A stretch of 64,000 bases of DNA from a phage. The notes under the pieces are model-generated. The model ran no database searches and was not told where the DNA came from. It saw only the letters and a list, made by a program, of their open reading frames with translations. The DNA lies in sequence record PZ445524.1; one strand, 5' to 3'. The position numbers were made by a program, and so were the translations under genes. This document shows positions 1-10,056 of this stretch, piece after piece (the stretch's first letter is position 1; each line of letters begins with the position of its first letter).

Positions 1-265
1 GTTGACGTTTTAACTCTTTTATCATTTCTTCGTTCATCGTAATATAAAGATCGCGTAAAGCAGGTTTTAACATTCCATTTACTGGAGAACTAAATGGACA
101 TACATAATCTTTTCCTACAAGCTTTTTGGTGAATTCCATATCACAGAACTTAAATCCCGGCTCATTGGTATAAATTCCCCAATTAGTTGACATCATTTTA
201 TTGGCATATTCCAGTGCCTGGATTTGATTCATAATTCCATCAATTTGAAACTTTTTAATATTCAT
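1..265 (-). CDS. hypothetical protein, 5' part only (gene runs off window edge)
   Basis: ATG at 265-263 overlaps stop of upstream ORF (TAATG); frame open for 88 codons down to position 1 ([14 protein letters not shown]...); absent from ORF track because truncated. Confidence 0.45.
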   Translation of the reverse strand, partial: MNIKKFQIDGIMNQIQALEYANKMMSTNWGIYTNEPGFKFCDMEFTKKLVGKDYVCPFSSPVNGMLKPALRDLYITMNEEMIKELKRQ

Positions 266-726
266 TAGTAAAGGTCCTCAGAGTAAAGTTCTTTTTCACT
301 ACCACCACGTTCAATACGTACTTGTCCAGCGTAAGTTGCAATAATCATTGCTTCTTCACGTGTCCAATAATTACTATATTGGTCAATAAACCCTTGGTCA
401 TCATCACAAACTTGCTGAGTAACTAATTGAGGTTTAACTACATCTAAAACTTCTGCCATATCTTTAGAATAATGACGAGCACCTGGAATAATAAGAGTTC
501 GTCCATCTTTTAATTTAAAACGATTAGCTGCGCAAACAATTCGTCGTTGATACTTTTGATTTTCATCCCAATATGCAGTCTGCCAACAGATTTCAGGAAC
601 TTCTTTCAGAATATCTTCTTCTGTGCATTTATAACCATGCGCTTTAAATTTTTCAACAAGACTTTCTGGAGTTTCACGAGATAAAGGAACATTCAGCATT
701 TTTAAACGATTGATAAATGGGTTCAT
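265..726 (-). CDS. hypothetical early protein (153 aa)
   Basis: ORF track; same strand and tight packing with neighbours. Confidence 0.6.
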   Translation of the reverse strand: MNPFINRLKMLNVPLSRETPESLVEKFKAHGYKCTEEDILKEVPEICWQTAYWDENQKYQRRIVCAANRFKLKDGRTLIIPGARHYSKDMAEVLDVVKPQLVTQQVCDDDQGFIDQYSNYWTREEAMIIATYAGQVRIERGGSEKELYSEDLY

Positions 727-1052
727 TTAAACCATCCTTTAATACGCTGCCACAAAGTTTTCTGCTGAGCTTTGTTAACACCAATTGAACGAATAACCGG
801 TTGAGATTCCTGGAATTCTTTATAATCGGCAAGGTAAATTTCGTAAGCTGCATCCGTAAATGAACTTATCGCTGCCATAAAATTATTGCGAATACCTACT
901 GGAGCATCTTTACTTTCACGAATAATCATGTATTTACCAGTCTTAATCTTTACAATAGTTCCAAGATAAGCTCCATGGTACCAAATATCCCAACCCTCTT
1001 GAGTAGGTTCTGCGCAACGACGAAGTTCATTAACGATTTCTAACTTGTTCAT
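723..1052 (-). CDS. hypothetical early protein (109 aa)
   Basis: ORF track; 4-nt overlap with downstream gene. Confidence 0.6.
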   Translation of the reverse strand: MNKLEIVNELRRCAEPTQEGWDIWYHGAYLGTIVKIKTGKYMIIRESKDAPVGIRNNFMAAISSFTDAAYEIYLADYKEFQESQPVIRSIGVNKAQQKTLWQRIKGWFK

Positions 1053-1062
1053 TATTTATTCC

Positions 1063-1698
1063 TCACAGTTCAGATGCTACAGTGATTACAGCTTCAATGT
1101 TTTCTGCCGAGCGTTTAATGTCAAGATACACATTACCGTTTTTAGCGATTTTACATGACATTCCGATATCAGTAAATTTCTGAATATGATGTTCCATCAT
1201 TTTGTATCCAAAAATTCGCATATTTCCATTGTTGTTAATTTCAAAATTACGAATTCCGTTAGTGCGTTTTTCTAAAATAGCAAGATAATTACTACGATAA
1301 ATTTCAACCTTTTTAAGAACAAATCCATTTTTATCTAAAAGTTTTAACACGAGGTCTTTATCTTCTTCCATATCGGAAGTAATCTCGCGAGCTTTACGAG
1401 TTGCTCGTTTTTTCAGTAGTTCCGGAGCATTTTCCTGTGCGTATAAAGTAGCTGCATTTGAAATAATATCCTGAGCTTCACCTGTAATGATTAATCCATC
1501 ACCAGATTTCTCCACCAGGCCTTTTTTAATCAATACCCCAATATTACTATTAACTACTGCGTTACCTAAATCTGGATGCACCTCACGAACTTCTGCAGCT
1601 GTAATGAAATCTTTCTTAGCAATGGTAATTAAAATCGTAGCAGTTTTTTCATTCAGAACATCGTTAGAAGCTTTGATGATGTAAGTTACTTTAGACAT
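1063..1698 (-). CDS. motA: MotA, activator of middle transcription (binds MotA box)
   Basis: 211 aa ORF; sequence recognised from memory as T4 MotA; lies downstream of gene 52 as in T4; preceded by early promoter/leader motif. Confidence 0.9.
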   Translation of the reverse strand: MSKVTYIIKASNDVLNEKTATILITIAKKDFITAAEVREVHPDLGNAVVNSNIGVLIKKGLVEKSGDGLIITGEAQDIISNAATLYAQENAPELLKKRATRKAREITSDMEEDKDLVLKLLDKNGFVLKKVEIYRSNYLAILEKRTNGIRNFEINNNGNMRIFGYKMMEHHIQKFTDIGMSCKIAKNGNVYLDIKRSAENIEAVITVASEL

Positions 1699-1739
1699 TT
1701 TCTAATCTCCGTAATTCTGTATCAGTAGTTGATAGTTGT

Positions 1740-1769
1740 ATAGTACCACAGTATGCTTTGGTTGTAAAC
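1740..1769 (-). promoter_or_regulatory. early promoter (GTTTAC -35, TGg-TACTAT -10) with conserved leader, upstream of motA
   Basis: minus strand reads GTTTAC-N18-TACTATACAACTATCAACT...GGAG-ATG; same module repeated at other sites. Confidence 0.6.
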
Positions 1770-1795
1770 CGTTTTGTGAAAAAATTTTTTGAAAT

Positions 1796-1822
1796 AAAAA
1801 AAGGGAGAGCCTCGGCTCTCCC
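1796..1822 (-). terminator. rho-independent terminator (GC hairpin + U-run on minus strand)
   Basis: minus strand GGGAGAGC-CGAG-GCTCTCCC followed by TTTTTTT; directly after stop of small gene at 1828. Confidence 0.6.
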
Positions 1823-1827
1823 TAAAA

Positions 1828-1977
1828 TTACTGCATGAATGTGATAACTATCATGATAACACGTTGAATTCCGAACGCAAGAAGACCTCCTGCTACGGCT
1901 GGAACAACACCTAACCCCGCCAGTAAAATGCTACCAGATACTAATGCAGCGCTTGTAATACCAATGAATGGACTCAT
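1828..1977 (-). CDS. small membrane protein (49 aa)
   Basis: hand-translated: MSPFIGITSAALVSGSILLAGLGVVPAVAGGLLAFGIQRVIMIVITFMQ; ATGA start/stop overlap with gene 52; below track size cut-off. Confidence 0.5.
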   Translation of the reverse strand: MSPFIGITSAALVSGSILLAGLGVVPAVAGGLLAFGIQRVIMIVITFMQ

Positions 1978-3302
1978 TTGATTTCCTCTAAATCTTTGGT
2001 GTATTCTGTAACTACATCAGTAGTTTTCCAATATTCGTTTTCTTCTTTTTTAGCTTTAGCTTCTTCAGCAAGTTTCTTCGCTTCATCGGAAGTCATATGA
2101 AAAATATTCATTCCAACTAGTTTATCAACATAAGAAGAATACATATCGATTTTCGAAAGTTCTTCGGTCAGTTCTTTACGAGTTTTACCCTGTACAACGA
2201 TTTCACCTGAAATTACCTTCTTAATGAAATGTGCCTTGGCAAAGGCTAAACGAAAAGCTGACTCAGTTTCTTTAATTTTGTTATCAATTCGTTTTTGGAC
2301 ATAAGTTTTACGAACTTCAACGAAGTCTTTAATTAAATCGACTACGTTATCGTAAACTTGTAGTTTTCCTTTCTCATTAATAACCGTAATATTCTGGGAA
2401 CGACGCTCAATCAACCCGAAGTCTTTCATAATTTTTGCATGGCGTTCTTCTTCGTTATCGCTCAAAGAGTATTCTTTGCGGAATTTAACTTTGAAGCCAA
2501 AGCCATGCTCACCACAAGCATCATCCCATGTAATGAAGCCTTTATCTTCAAGCGGGTCTAAGATTTTACTCACATAAGTTTCACGATCATACTTATACGG
2601 AATCTCAGTGATATGCATTTGAGTTCGTGAAGTAAACTTGTATGTTCCACGAATTTCATATTGCCCATCAATTTCAACGACTTCACCACGAAATTCTGGG
2701 AATTCTACTTTCGGTTTAGTTACTTTCTTTCCTTGAAGAGCTTGCAGTACAGCTTTCTTAACAGAAGAAACACTATGAGGAAGAATGTAAGTTGCATAAC
2801 CAGTTGCAATACCGGAAACGCCATTAAGAAGAACAGTAGGAATAACAGGCAAATAGAAAGCAGGCGGAATGTGTTCTTTATCTTGATGTACCGGAGCATA
2901 TTCAGTATCTTTATATACGTTATAGAAATTTTTACTTACACGAGCAAAAATATAACGACTTGCTGCTGCCTTTTGGACAGTACGAGAACCAAAGTTTCCT
3001 TGACCATCTAATAGAGGAAAGTTATTATTCCAAGTATTAGCCATCAAAGCGCCCGCATCTTGTGCAGAGTTTTCGCCATGATGATATCCAAGGTCCGCTA
3101 CACCACCTGCGATAGAAGCGAGTTTGTGAAACTTATCTTTATTTCCTCGTGCCAAATCAAGAGCTCGAGCAATAACAAATCGTTGAACTGGCTTAAATCC
3201 ATCAATCATATTTGGAATGGCACGATTTTCAACCGTGTACATAGCATAAGCCAATGCTTCATTATCAATGATACTTTTTAAATCGCGATTATTCAGTTGC
3301 AT
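1974..3302 (-). CDS. 52: DNA topoisomerase II medium subunit (GyrA-like)
   Basis: 442 aa, matches T4 gp52 length; GyrA/ParC-type N-terminal region (PNMIDGFKPVQRF); position beside motA and ndd. Confidence 0.95.
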   Translation of the reverse strand: MQLNNRDLKSIIDNEALAYAMYTVENRAIPNMIDGFKPVQRFVIARALDLARGNKDKFHKLASIAGGVADLGYHHGENSAQDAGALMANTWNNNFPLLDGQGNFGSRTVQKAAASRYIFARVSKNFYNVYKDTEYAPVHQDKEHIPPAFYLPVIPTVLLNGVSGIATGYATYILPHSVSSVKKAVLQALQGKKVTKPKVEFPEFRGEVVEIDGQYEIRGTYKFTSRTQMHITEIPYKYDRETYVSKILDPLEDKGFITWDDACGEHGFGFKVKFRKEYSLSDNEEERHAKIMKDFGLIERRSQNITVINEKGKLQVYDNVVDLIKDFVEVRKTYVQKRIDNKIKETESAFRLAFAKAHFIKKVISGEIVVQGKTRKELTEELSKIDMYSSYVDKLVGMNIFHMTSDEAKKLAEEAKAKKEENEYWKTTDVVTEYTKDLEEIK

Positions 3303-3439
3303 AAATTTACCATACTAGTGAATGTAGTGCCATAATAACATCAGAAATGAAAAGCACGACTTGAATTAATCCGAACATTACTCCATAATATAGTGCTACC
3401 AATAAAGTAGCAAGGGCTAATGAATAGCCCAAGATTTTC

Positions 3440-3598
3440 TTAATCATTAGTAGATAACAACACAAATGTTAAATATGCACACATACCCTGGGCTAAAGCT
3501 TGTGAAAACACACTGCTAGCATCGATACAGATAGTTAAAACACATGCTACTATCCAACAAATAAATGAAATAACTCCTAATAATTTTGCGATATTCAT
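3440..3598 (-). CDS. small membrane protein (52 aa), ac-like
   Basis: track ORF 3440..3628 trimmed to ATG at 3598, which is preceded by GAGGAG SD; single hydrophobic helix; at the position of ac/52.1 in T4. Confidence 0.5.
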   Translation of the reverse strand: MNIAKLLGVISFICWIVACVLTICIDASSVFSQALAQGMCAYLTFVLLSTND

Positions 3599-3608
3599 AA
3601 TATTCTCC

Positions 3609-3764
3609 TCAACTATTTTTAGAACCAATGTACGCGAATAATGATAAAATCGCTAATACGCCCTGAGCTGATGCTTGCAAAAATACTGAAGTTTCTCCAG
3701 TTATTACTGTTCCGATGCATAAAAAGAACCAACAGAAAAAGGCTATACCGTGAACAAATTTCAT
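3609..3764 (-). CDS. small membrane protein (51 aa), paralog of 3440..3598
   Basis: hand-translated MKFVHGIAFFCWFFLCIGTVITGETSVFLQASAQGVLAILSLFAYIGSKNS; shares the SVF.QA.AQG motif with its neighbour. Confidence 0.5.
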   Translation of the reverse strand: MKFVHGIAFFCWFFLCIGTVITGETSVFLQASAQGVLAILSLFAYIGSKNS

Positions 3765-3771
3765 ATTTTCC

Positions 3772-3852
3772 TCACTGGCGTCCGAAGACGCCTTTGGTTT
3801 TAAGATTGTTACGATAGAACTGCATCACATGTTCGTTATGGAAATTACTCAT
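3772..3852 (-). CDS. stp: Stp peptide (26 aa), activator of the host PrrC anticodon nuclease system
   Basis: hand-translated [26 protein letters not shown], which I recognise as T4 Stp; lies between ac-like genes and ndd as in T4. Confidence 0.8.
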
Positions 3853-4307
3853 TAATATGCCTGCAAAACAAATTTAAAGTTATCAGCCAACATACGGTTC
3901 ATTTCTTCAAGTGTTTGATACTCAGAATGATGATTACGAGTAAACGCCAAAGCTAACTGACCTTTTCCAAATCCCGTCGTCAGAGGTTTCATCTTAGAAG
4001 CAGGCAGATAAAACACTGTGTATGGAACATTGTTATTTGCAATAGTACGCGCAAGTTGAGACCGGCGTTGACGAATATGACTTAAAACCGCACTGAATCC
4101 TTGCTTAGAACGTTGATTACCTACATAAAATCGTGCAGACACACATGGATTACTAAATGGACGACCATCTAATTTACTTACTAAAAAGTAAAATCCAGGT
4201 TTAGATAAAATATCTTTATGCGGAGTTCCTAAAAACCATTCACCACCCTTGATTGTACCAATAACAGTTGCGCCTGCATTGTTCAGATCAGTAACAGTCA
4301 TGTATTT
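3852..4307 (-). CDS. ndd: Ndd nucleoid disruption protein
   Basis: 151 aa from [11 protein letters not shown] (track ORF extended 17 codons upstream); length and position match T4 ndd. Confidence 0.85.
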
Positions 4308-4370
4308 CATATTAATTTCCTCTAAATTATTTTCTACTCCAAGGCCGCATGAATACACACGGCCATTAAA

Positions 4371-4586
4371 TTAATCGTCGCAGTCGACGCTCAATTCCCA
4401 AAACTCTTCTACAGTATAAGTTTCAGTATCATTTTCAATACAGAAACGTTCATTACTGTTATTTGCTAAAGTAGCATTAACTGTCGGTTTCTCGCTAGTG
4501 CTCTTAAGAGGTGAAATACGAATTAACTGATCACCGTTATCTAAACAGAAAATTTCACCAACTTTTACATCTTTAAAACTTTTCAT
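4371..4586 (-). CDS. hypothetical protein (71 aa)
   Basis: ORF track. Confidence 0.55.
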   Translation of the reverse strand: MKSFKDVKVGEIFCLDNGDQLIRISPLKSTSEKPTVNATLANNSNERFCIENDTETYTVEEFWELSVDCDD

Positions 4587-4701
4587 AATTCACCTCAAGG
4601 AGTATAAAATCCAAATGCAGTTGTTGACCATCCCATCCAATACGGAAAATTTGCACCAATGTAAAACATGAGAATATAAAACCAACCGCTCAGCAAATTC
4701 A

Positions 4702-4920
4702 TCATTTTACACCATTCCAAATTGTTTCAACCACGGATTTTAAACCATTTTGATGAATATCAATTCCGACTACCGCCATCAAATAAATTCCAACTACAAC
4801 TGAACCTAAGGCAAAAATCAGCATGAAAATGAATAAAGCCGGAAAAATATTATCGAAAAACCATTCAATAAATGTAAAAGCACTGCGTTTACGCTTCATA
4901 TTTTCCTCACATAAATCCAA
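4702..4920 (-). CDS. small membrane protein (72 aa)
   Basis: ORF track; hydrophobic core. Confidence 0.5.
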   Translation of the reverse strand: MDLCEENMKRKRSAFTFIEWFFDNIFPALFIFMLIFALGSVVVGIYLMAVVGIDIHQNGLKSVVETIWNGVK

Positions 4921-5020
4921 AGTAAACGTTTAATACATCAATCATTAAAACGATTGGGAATATACTCAAAACTATTAGTATTATAACTACATTCCATATA
5001 GCTTTAATAATCTTTTTCAT
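4907..5020 (-). CDS. small membrane protein (37 aa)
   Basis: track ORF 4907..5116 runs through an early promoter; trimmed to ATG at 5020, which is preceded by GGAGG in the conserved leader. Confidence 0.45.
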   Translation of the reverse strand: MKKIIKAIWNVVIILIVLSIFPIVLMIDVLNVYFGFM

Positions 5021-5048
5021 TTTCTGTTCCTCCGTAGTTGATAGGGTA

Positions 5049-5078
5049 ATAGTACCACGGAAGAACAGTCTTGTAAAC
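5049..5078 (-). promoter_or_regulatory. early promoter with conserved leader
   Basis: GTTTAC-N18-TACTAT on minus strand, leader ...CAACTACGGAGGAACAGAAA-ATG. Confidence 0.55.
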
Positions 5079-5262
5079 AACTTTTTAAAAATATTCGTAA
5101 TAAATGTGAATACCAACTACTACCGCTGAAACCTGTGCAACCCACCACGCACAAGCAATAAGTACAGAATTCAAAATTTTCATAATAACCTCATCACAAA
5201 AGTAAATGTTAAACAAATTAATGGAATACTAATTAACCAAACAAAACACCACCATAATGAAC

Positions 5263-5535
5263 TCATAGTTCAATCTCAGCGATTTTCATTTCATTACTAT
5301 TAATAGCCGCTTTAAGACTATCTGAAAGAATTACATTCCAATGGTCATTCATATGACCACTAACTAAGCGTGTAATTTCTTCAGGAGTTGAAAAATAAGG
5401 CTGATCAGACTCCCAATGCGATAGTCCCAAGCGAGTATAAATCATACCTTCATCATCGCTAGAATATTCAACTGACACAAACTCATCAGTTATTTTATGT
5501 TTAGCGTAATAAAATTTAAATTTCATTTTACTCAA
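5263..5535 (-). CDS. hypothetical protein (90 aa)
   Basis: ORF track. Confidence 0.55.
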   Translation of the reverse strand: MSKMKFKFYYAKHKITDEFVSVEYSSDDEGMIYTRLGLSHWESDQPYFSTPEEITRLVSGHMNDHWNVILSDSLKAAINSNEMKIAEIEL

Positions 5536-5738
5536 TAATCCGCTAAAAGATCAACGATTGCATCACGAAGACACTTATTCGCAATACGTTTAAGAGCAAT
5601 TTCAGTTTCTGGAGCATTTTGAATAATCATTGAATTCAATTCAGCCTCAGCAAACTGAAGTTCTTTAACTAATTCAGCTTTATATTTTCCTTGCCCTTTC
5701 TTAGCTTTTGCTCGTTTTAATTCAGCTGTAGTAAACAT
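5532..5738 (-). CDS. hypothetical protein (68 aa)
   Basis: track ORF starts at TTG inside leader; trimmed to first ATG (MFTTAELKR) after GGAG. Confidence 0.55.
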   Translation of the reverse strand: MFTTAELKRAKAKKGQGKYKAELVKELQFAEAELNSMIIQNAPETEIALKRIANKCLRDAIVDLLADY

Positions 5739-5772
5739 TTTATTCTCCAAATCCGTATCAGTTGATAGTTGT

Positions 5773-5802
5773 ATATTACCACAGTCCTTGTGGTATGTAA
5801 AC
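5773..5802 (-). promoter_or_regulatory. early promoter with conserved leader
   Basis: GTTTAC-N18-TAATAT then ACAACTATCAACTGATACGGATTTGGAG-ATG. Confidence 0.55.
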
Positions 5803-5820
5803 CGTTTTGGGAAAAAATTT

Positions 5821-6378
5821 TTAAATGGAGAGATACCATCCGTTGTAGTTGCTTTTTCTTACAACCTTACGAAGGTCTTCTCTATCACCGATGAATTTCG
5901 GAGTGTACTGGATGACACCTGGGTGAATTTCTTTAGTGTTGAATATAATTATACAGTCAGCGACTTGGTGATTCAGAATGGGCCCTAGATTTATTCCAGA
6001 ACCGTATGGATACTCTCCGCTGCATCCGGTTGTTACCGAAATCCAACGTGAGTCAGTTTGATGTGTCTTAACTTCTACACGAAGCCCACAGTATTTTGGA
6101 TGCGCCAATACATCCCATGCATATGTGTACGGATCATCGACATCTTCTTGACCTTTGTTAACATACCCGCTCAGCCAATCTGCTACAAAAAACTCTGCGT
6201 ACACAGCGATACGGCATCTTTCGATAACTTCTGCCTTATCCTGATTTGGGTTTTGTTTTAAAGAGTATCTTGCAGTATCAGCAATTTTGACCTTCATTTC
6301 ACTGGTCAAGTCACTGTTCGATAGGGTAAATGTCGGAATCTGAAATAGTCTCTGTAACCCAGGATTCGTTTTCTGCAT
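5821..6378 (-). CDS. denB: endonuclease IV (DenB), cytosine-DNA-specific ssDNA endonuclease
   Basis: 185 aa, the T4 DenB length; sits immediately downstream of rIIB as in T4; assignment positional. Confidence 0.7.
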   Translation of the reverse strand: MQKTNPGLQRLFQIPTFTLSNSDLTSEMKVKIADTARYSLKQNPNQDKAEVIERCRIAVYAEFFVADWLSGYVNKGQEDVDDPYTYAWDVLAHPKYCGLRVEVKTHQTDSRWISVTTGCSGEYPYGSGINLGPILNHQVADCIIIFNTKEIHPGVIQYTPKFIGDREDLRKVVRKSNYNGWYLSI

Positions 6379-6462
6379 TTAAACTTTCCTTTATGTCGGA
6401 ATCACCGATATTCATATAATAAATCATAATTTCTCTTAAAACAAAAGGGCCGAAGCCCTTAT

Positions 6463-6657
6463 TTATTTGAATTGTGCAATTCTTTTCTCTAGACATTCAG
6501 CATAAGATTTCATTGAGATGAACTGTGAAAGTAGCAGTTCTTGCTCAACTGCGTTAACTGTTAGAAACTTTGTGCTTTCTAAAAATTTACTCAGTGCATT
6601 AATTTTGAGCATTAATTGATCATATTCTTCTTTTACTCGTGCTTGATAACCTAACAT
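6463..6657 (-). CDS. hypothetical protein (64 aa)
   Basis: ORF track; flanked by two GGGC-UUCG-GCCC hairpins. Confidence 0.5.
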   Translation of the reverse strand: MLGYQARVKEEYDQLMLKINALSKFLESTKFLTVNAVEQELLLSQFISMKSYAECLEKRIAQFK

Positions 6658-6689
6658 AATTTTCCTTAATATGATAAGGGCCGAAGCCC

Positions 6690-7628
6690 TTATTTAAATT
6701 GTTCAGTAACGTCTTCAACTACTTCGTATTGGCAGGTACGCATTTTAGCATCGTTGTAATCAATCGGAATTGATACTACATCACGCGGATGTACTTTAAC
6801 TTTTACAACTCGGCTAGTTGAACTGCCAAAGTGACGAATATAAGATTTAGAACACACATGCAGACCACGAGAACAAGTTTGTGTATCATCGTCATTCACA
6901 CGAGTACGTGGCATTTTAACTACTTTACCCGGACTGTTATCAAAGGTGTTTGAGTGACAGTCAAAGTAATTGCTGCGAACTACTTTCCAAGCATAGAAGT
7001 AACCATCTTCTGTAATTTCAATATCGTTTGCTACCAAGAAATCAAAGAGTCGAGATACCGCTTTTTGGCTTGGGTTTTCTAGCAGATTTTCCAAGAACGG
7101 AAAATAAAATTCAAAGTTTTCGCCTTTTTCCATCGAGTCAAGAATACGATCAACCAAACCAGACCGCAATTCAATATTTTGATAGAACAAGCTTCCACCT
7201 TCAATTCGAACATCGCCGGAAATATATTTTTCAACAGCACGACGAACATTAATTTTTTGTGCCGCTTCTTCCAACTTATCCGCTACAAGCAGATTAAGAA
7301 TTTCCTGGAAGTTTGAATGAGTATTAGGAGTTGCGTTATAAGTTACACCGTCAACAGTAATTGAAATGAATTTTTTAGATGCATTCCAAATAATGTCAGA
7401 TTTAGCAACTGGAGCAATAACTGCATCGCTATTAACTTTAACTGTAATATCACCGCTAATAGTAACTTTAGGGTGTTTAGCTTCTTCAGCATTTTTCAAA
7501 ACACGACGGATTGTGTCAACCGATACACCTTGCCAATCAGCCAATTCCTGTTGGGTATAATTACCACTTGAATACAGCTTAACAATTTCAGCTTGTTCGT
7601 TTTTGGTCAGGCATTTAATATTGTACAT
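6690..7628 (-). CDS. rIIB: rIIB protein
   Basis: 312 aa, T4 rIIB length; directly downstream of 725-aa rIIA. Confidence 0.9.
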   Translation of the reverse strand: MYNIKCLTKNEQAEIVKLYSSGNYTQQELADWQGVSVDTIRRVLKNAEEAKHPKVTISGDITVKVNSDAVIAPVAKSDIIWNASKKFISITVDGVTYNATPNTHSNFQEILNLLVADKLEEAAQKINVRRAVEKYISGDVRIEGGSLFYQNIELRSGLVDRILDSMEKGENFEFYFPFLENLLENPSQKAVSRLFDFLVANDIEITEDGYFYAWKVVRSNYFDCHSNTFDNSPGKVVKMPRTRVNDDDTQTCSRGLHVCSKSYIRHFGSSTSRVVKVKVHPRDVVSIPIDYNDAKMRTCQYEVVEDVTEQFK

Positions 7629-7639
7629 AATTTTCCTTA

Positions 7640-9817
7640 TTAGGCCGCAAGGGCCTTCATAGTTTTAGCGATTTGGGAAACTTCATCATCACTTAAAGAG
7701 TTGCGATAACCGATGAAGTCGGAAACAATACGGAATTTCTTGGTAAACTCAGCAACCATTTTATCACTGTTTTTTGAAGCATTATTTGATAATACATCAA
7801 AAAGATTAGTTACTGTCCAGATGTCATGACCGATGGTATCTTTTCCACCATTAAAATATACACCCTGTAATGAACTAACCATATTAGCAAGTCGTGTATA
7901 TTCTTCAGAAACTTCATCTACACTGAAGTACTTCATCATAAAATCTAACTCAGGATACTTGATAATTTTATCAATATATCGTTTAGCTGAACTTGAATAA
8001 CCTACATACTTATCATAATCTACATCATCAAAAGCATCTACATATAAATCACGCAAAGCTTCAAAAATACATTGGCACTGACCGAGTTCTTTTACCTTTT
8101 TCTGTAAAAGCGGACGAATAACATAAAATTCATTAATGCCAATAAGATTAGCCATACGAATCAAAATATTCATAGATGGATGACAAAGAGATGTAGTACC
8201 ATCCATAGAGAAAATATCAGAACGATGCATATACGCTACATAACCAGTAATTTCATCTGCTTCTGATGTGAGCGTAAATAATTCCTCTTTTTCCCAGCGC
8301 CCATCTTTAATTTCAAACTTAAATGCTGTAGCAGCTTTAGGACGAGGAGCTTTACTTTTAACTACCTTTGGAATATAGCTTTTAACTAAAGCTTCAATTT
8401 CTGACAAATAATGAATGTTAACTTCATCACTTTCAAACATCGCCATAATATCAGGAAGTAAATCAATCTGCGATTCTACTTCTGGATTAATAAACAGAAG
8501 ACGCTCATTGTGATGAATATTCAAAGTGTTATTAAATTCACTATCATCTAACGCATGCGCTAATCCACGAACAATATTAACACGATTTTTAATATTATCA
8601 ATAACGATATTAATTTTTGTTGTATTAATACCAAACAGACGATAACTTGATGCAACGGCTGAAGTTTCATGACTTTGCTTAATGCGCTTCAGTCGAGGGT
8701 CAAGATTTACTTCATACACAACTCCTGCATTGCATAACTTACTGTCAGGTTCAAACATGCTCTGCATCTTTTTATATGACAGATTTTTAGTCGTGAATTT
8801 GACTGAATTACTAATCATATAATCTCGAGCAGAATACCCCATCTTCATCAATTCACGATATGTGTGACGAGGAGATGTAGATTCTTTAAATCGTTTTACA
8901 TCTTCATTAAATGCTTTCTCACTGAGTTCTTTAACTCGTTCAATAATATTTTTACGAGTACGATCATCCAGTGAAAGAGCCTCGCGTGATGGAGCAATAT
9001 CCAATGAACCCATTGGAAACTTAATGTAATTCACTTCATTGCGAATGCTTAGCCAGTTACGGTCTCTAATAACACCATCGATAGGATAAACAATACCGCC
9101 GTAGATAGCATATAATCCACCACGATCAGGCCAGTATCTTTCTGGATTTACGCCGTAATAATCATCGAAATCCGGAAAATAATCAATTTCGCGGTCAAGA
9201 CCATTAATGATAGCCAAATCTTTGAATGGTCGCATGATATAAGAAACTTCATAAGCAAAGTTTCTAAAGTCTTTTTCTTCAACTGGAACTACGATTTCAA
9301 TACCAGTTTTATCATCTGGACCCATTTCTTTTACGAATGTAGGTTTAATTTGTGGACCATCGCCATCCATGTAAGCTACATAACCACGAATTTCACCTTT
9401 ATGATACGAAGTAATACTAAATGTATCAGTATAACTAAATGGAGATTTAGAACCTAAACCAAATCCGCCAATGAAATCGTTAGATTCAGCCTTAGATGAA
9501 CTGAAGTATGAATTATACAAACCAGGAGAATTATCATCACCCTGAATATCAAAATCACTCATACCCGGACCAAAATCTCGACAAACAAATCGTGGGTCTA
9601 AACGTCCAGGAACTTGTATGATAAATTTTTCAGGATTTCCATTAAGTGCATGGGCATCAATCATGTTGGTAATCAATTCACGGACTACTGCGCGAATCTT
9701 GTTTGTATACAAATCAGATGATAGAATTTTAAATACTTTAGGAGATGCTGTGATGCTAAATGCTTTTGATTTAGAACCATTACCAAGAATTGTTTCTTTT
9801 TCAGTGGTGATAATCAT
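7640..9817 (-). CDS. rIIA: rIIA protein
   Basis: 725 aa, T4 rIIA length; GHKL-ATPase-like N-terminus; followed by rIIB. Confidence 0.9.
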   Translation of the reverse strand: MIITTEKETILGNGSKSKAFSITASPKVFKILSSDLYTNKIRAVVRELITNMIDAHALNGNPEKFIIQVPGRLDPRFVCRDFGPGMSDFDIQGDDNSPGLYNSYFSSSKAESNDFIGGFGLGSKSPFSYTDTFSITSYHKGEIRGYVAYMDGDGPQIKPTFVKEMGPDDKTGIEIVVPVEEKDFRNFAYEVSYIMRPFKDLAIINGLDREIDYFPDFDDYYGVNPERYWPDRGGLYAIYGGIVYPIDGVIRDRNWLSIRNEVNYIKFPMGSLDIAPSREALSLDDRTRKNIIERVKELSEKAFNEDVKRFKESTSPRHTYRELMKMGYSARDYMISNSVKFTTKNLSYKKMQSMFEPDSKLCNAGVVYEVNLDPRLKRIKQSHETSAVASSYRLFGINTTKINIVIDNIKNRVNIVRGLAHALDDSEFNNTLNIHHNERLLFINPEVESQIDLLPDIMAMFESDEVNIHYLSEIEALVKSYIPKVVKSKAPRPKAATAFKFEIKDGRWEKEELFTLTSEADEITGYVAYMHRSDIFSMDGTTSLCHPSMNILIRMANLIGINEFYVIRPLLQKKVKELGQCQCIFEALRDLYVDAFDDVDYDKYVGYSSSAKRYIDKIIKYPELDFMMKYFSVDEVSEEYTRLANMVSSLQGVYFNGGKDTIGHDIWTVTNLFDVLSNNASKNSDKMVAEFTKKFRIVSDFIGYRNSLSDDEVSQIAKTMKALAA

Positions 9818-9827
9818 AATTTCCTCA

Positions 9828-10031
9828 TTAATTCATATTACGCTTAATAACTTCAGCAACTTCTAGTAATTCATCTTTAGTTGCGGTGTCGGATTGAATT
9901 TTATCTCTAATATCCTTAAAGCGGTTTTTAAATTCTTCGGCTTCTCCCATATCGAAAAAGCGTTGAATGATTCTATATTCTCGATGAACTGCTTTATCAA
10001 AAAGTTCTAAATTTACTCTATATGATTTCAT
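9828..10031 (-). CDS. hypothetical protein (67 aa), rIIA.1-like
   Basis: ORF track; between gene 60 and rIIA. Confidence 0.55.
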   Translation of the reverse strand: MKSYRVNLELFDKAVHREYRIIQRFFDMGEAEEFKNRFKDIRDKIQSDTATKDELLEVAEVIKRNMN

Positions 10032-10056
10032 TTCAATATCCTCATTTGCCCAATTA

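Noticed and set aside
6311-6496. 61-aa ORF overlapping the denB start
   Set aside because: It overlaps denB by 68 nt in another frame and overlaps 6463..6657. Probably an artefact or has a much shorter true start. Not reported as a feature.
7640-9817. 725-aa ORF as a second GyrB-like topoisomerase ATPase
   Set aside because: An N-terminal GHKL-like motif is present, but the size (725 aa) and position immediately upstream of a 312-aa ORF fit rIIA/rIIB. The real topoisomerase subunits are 39, 60 and 52.
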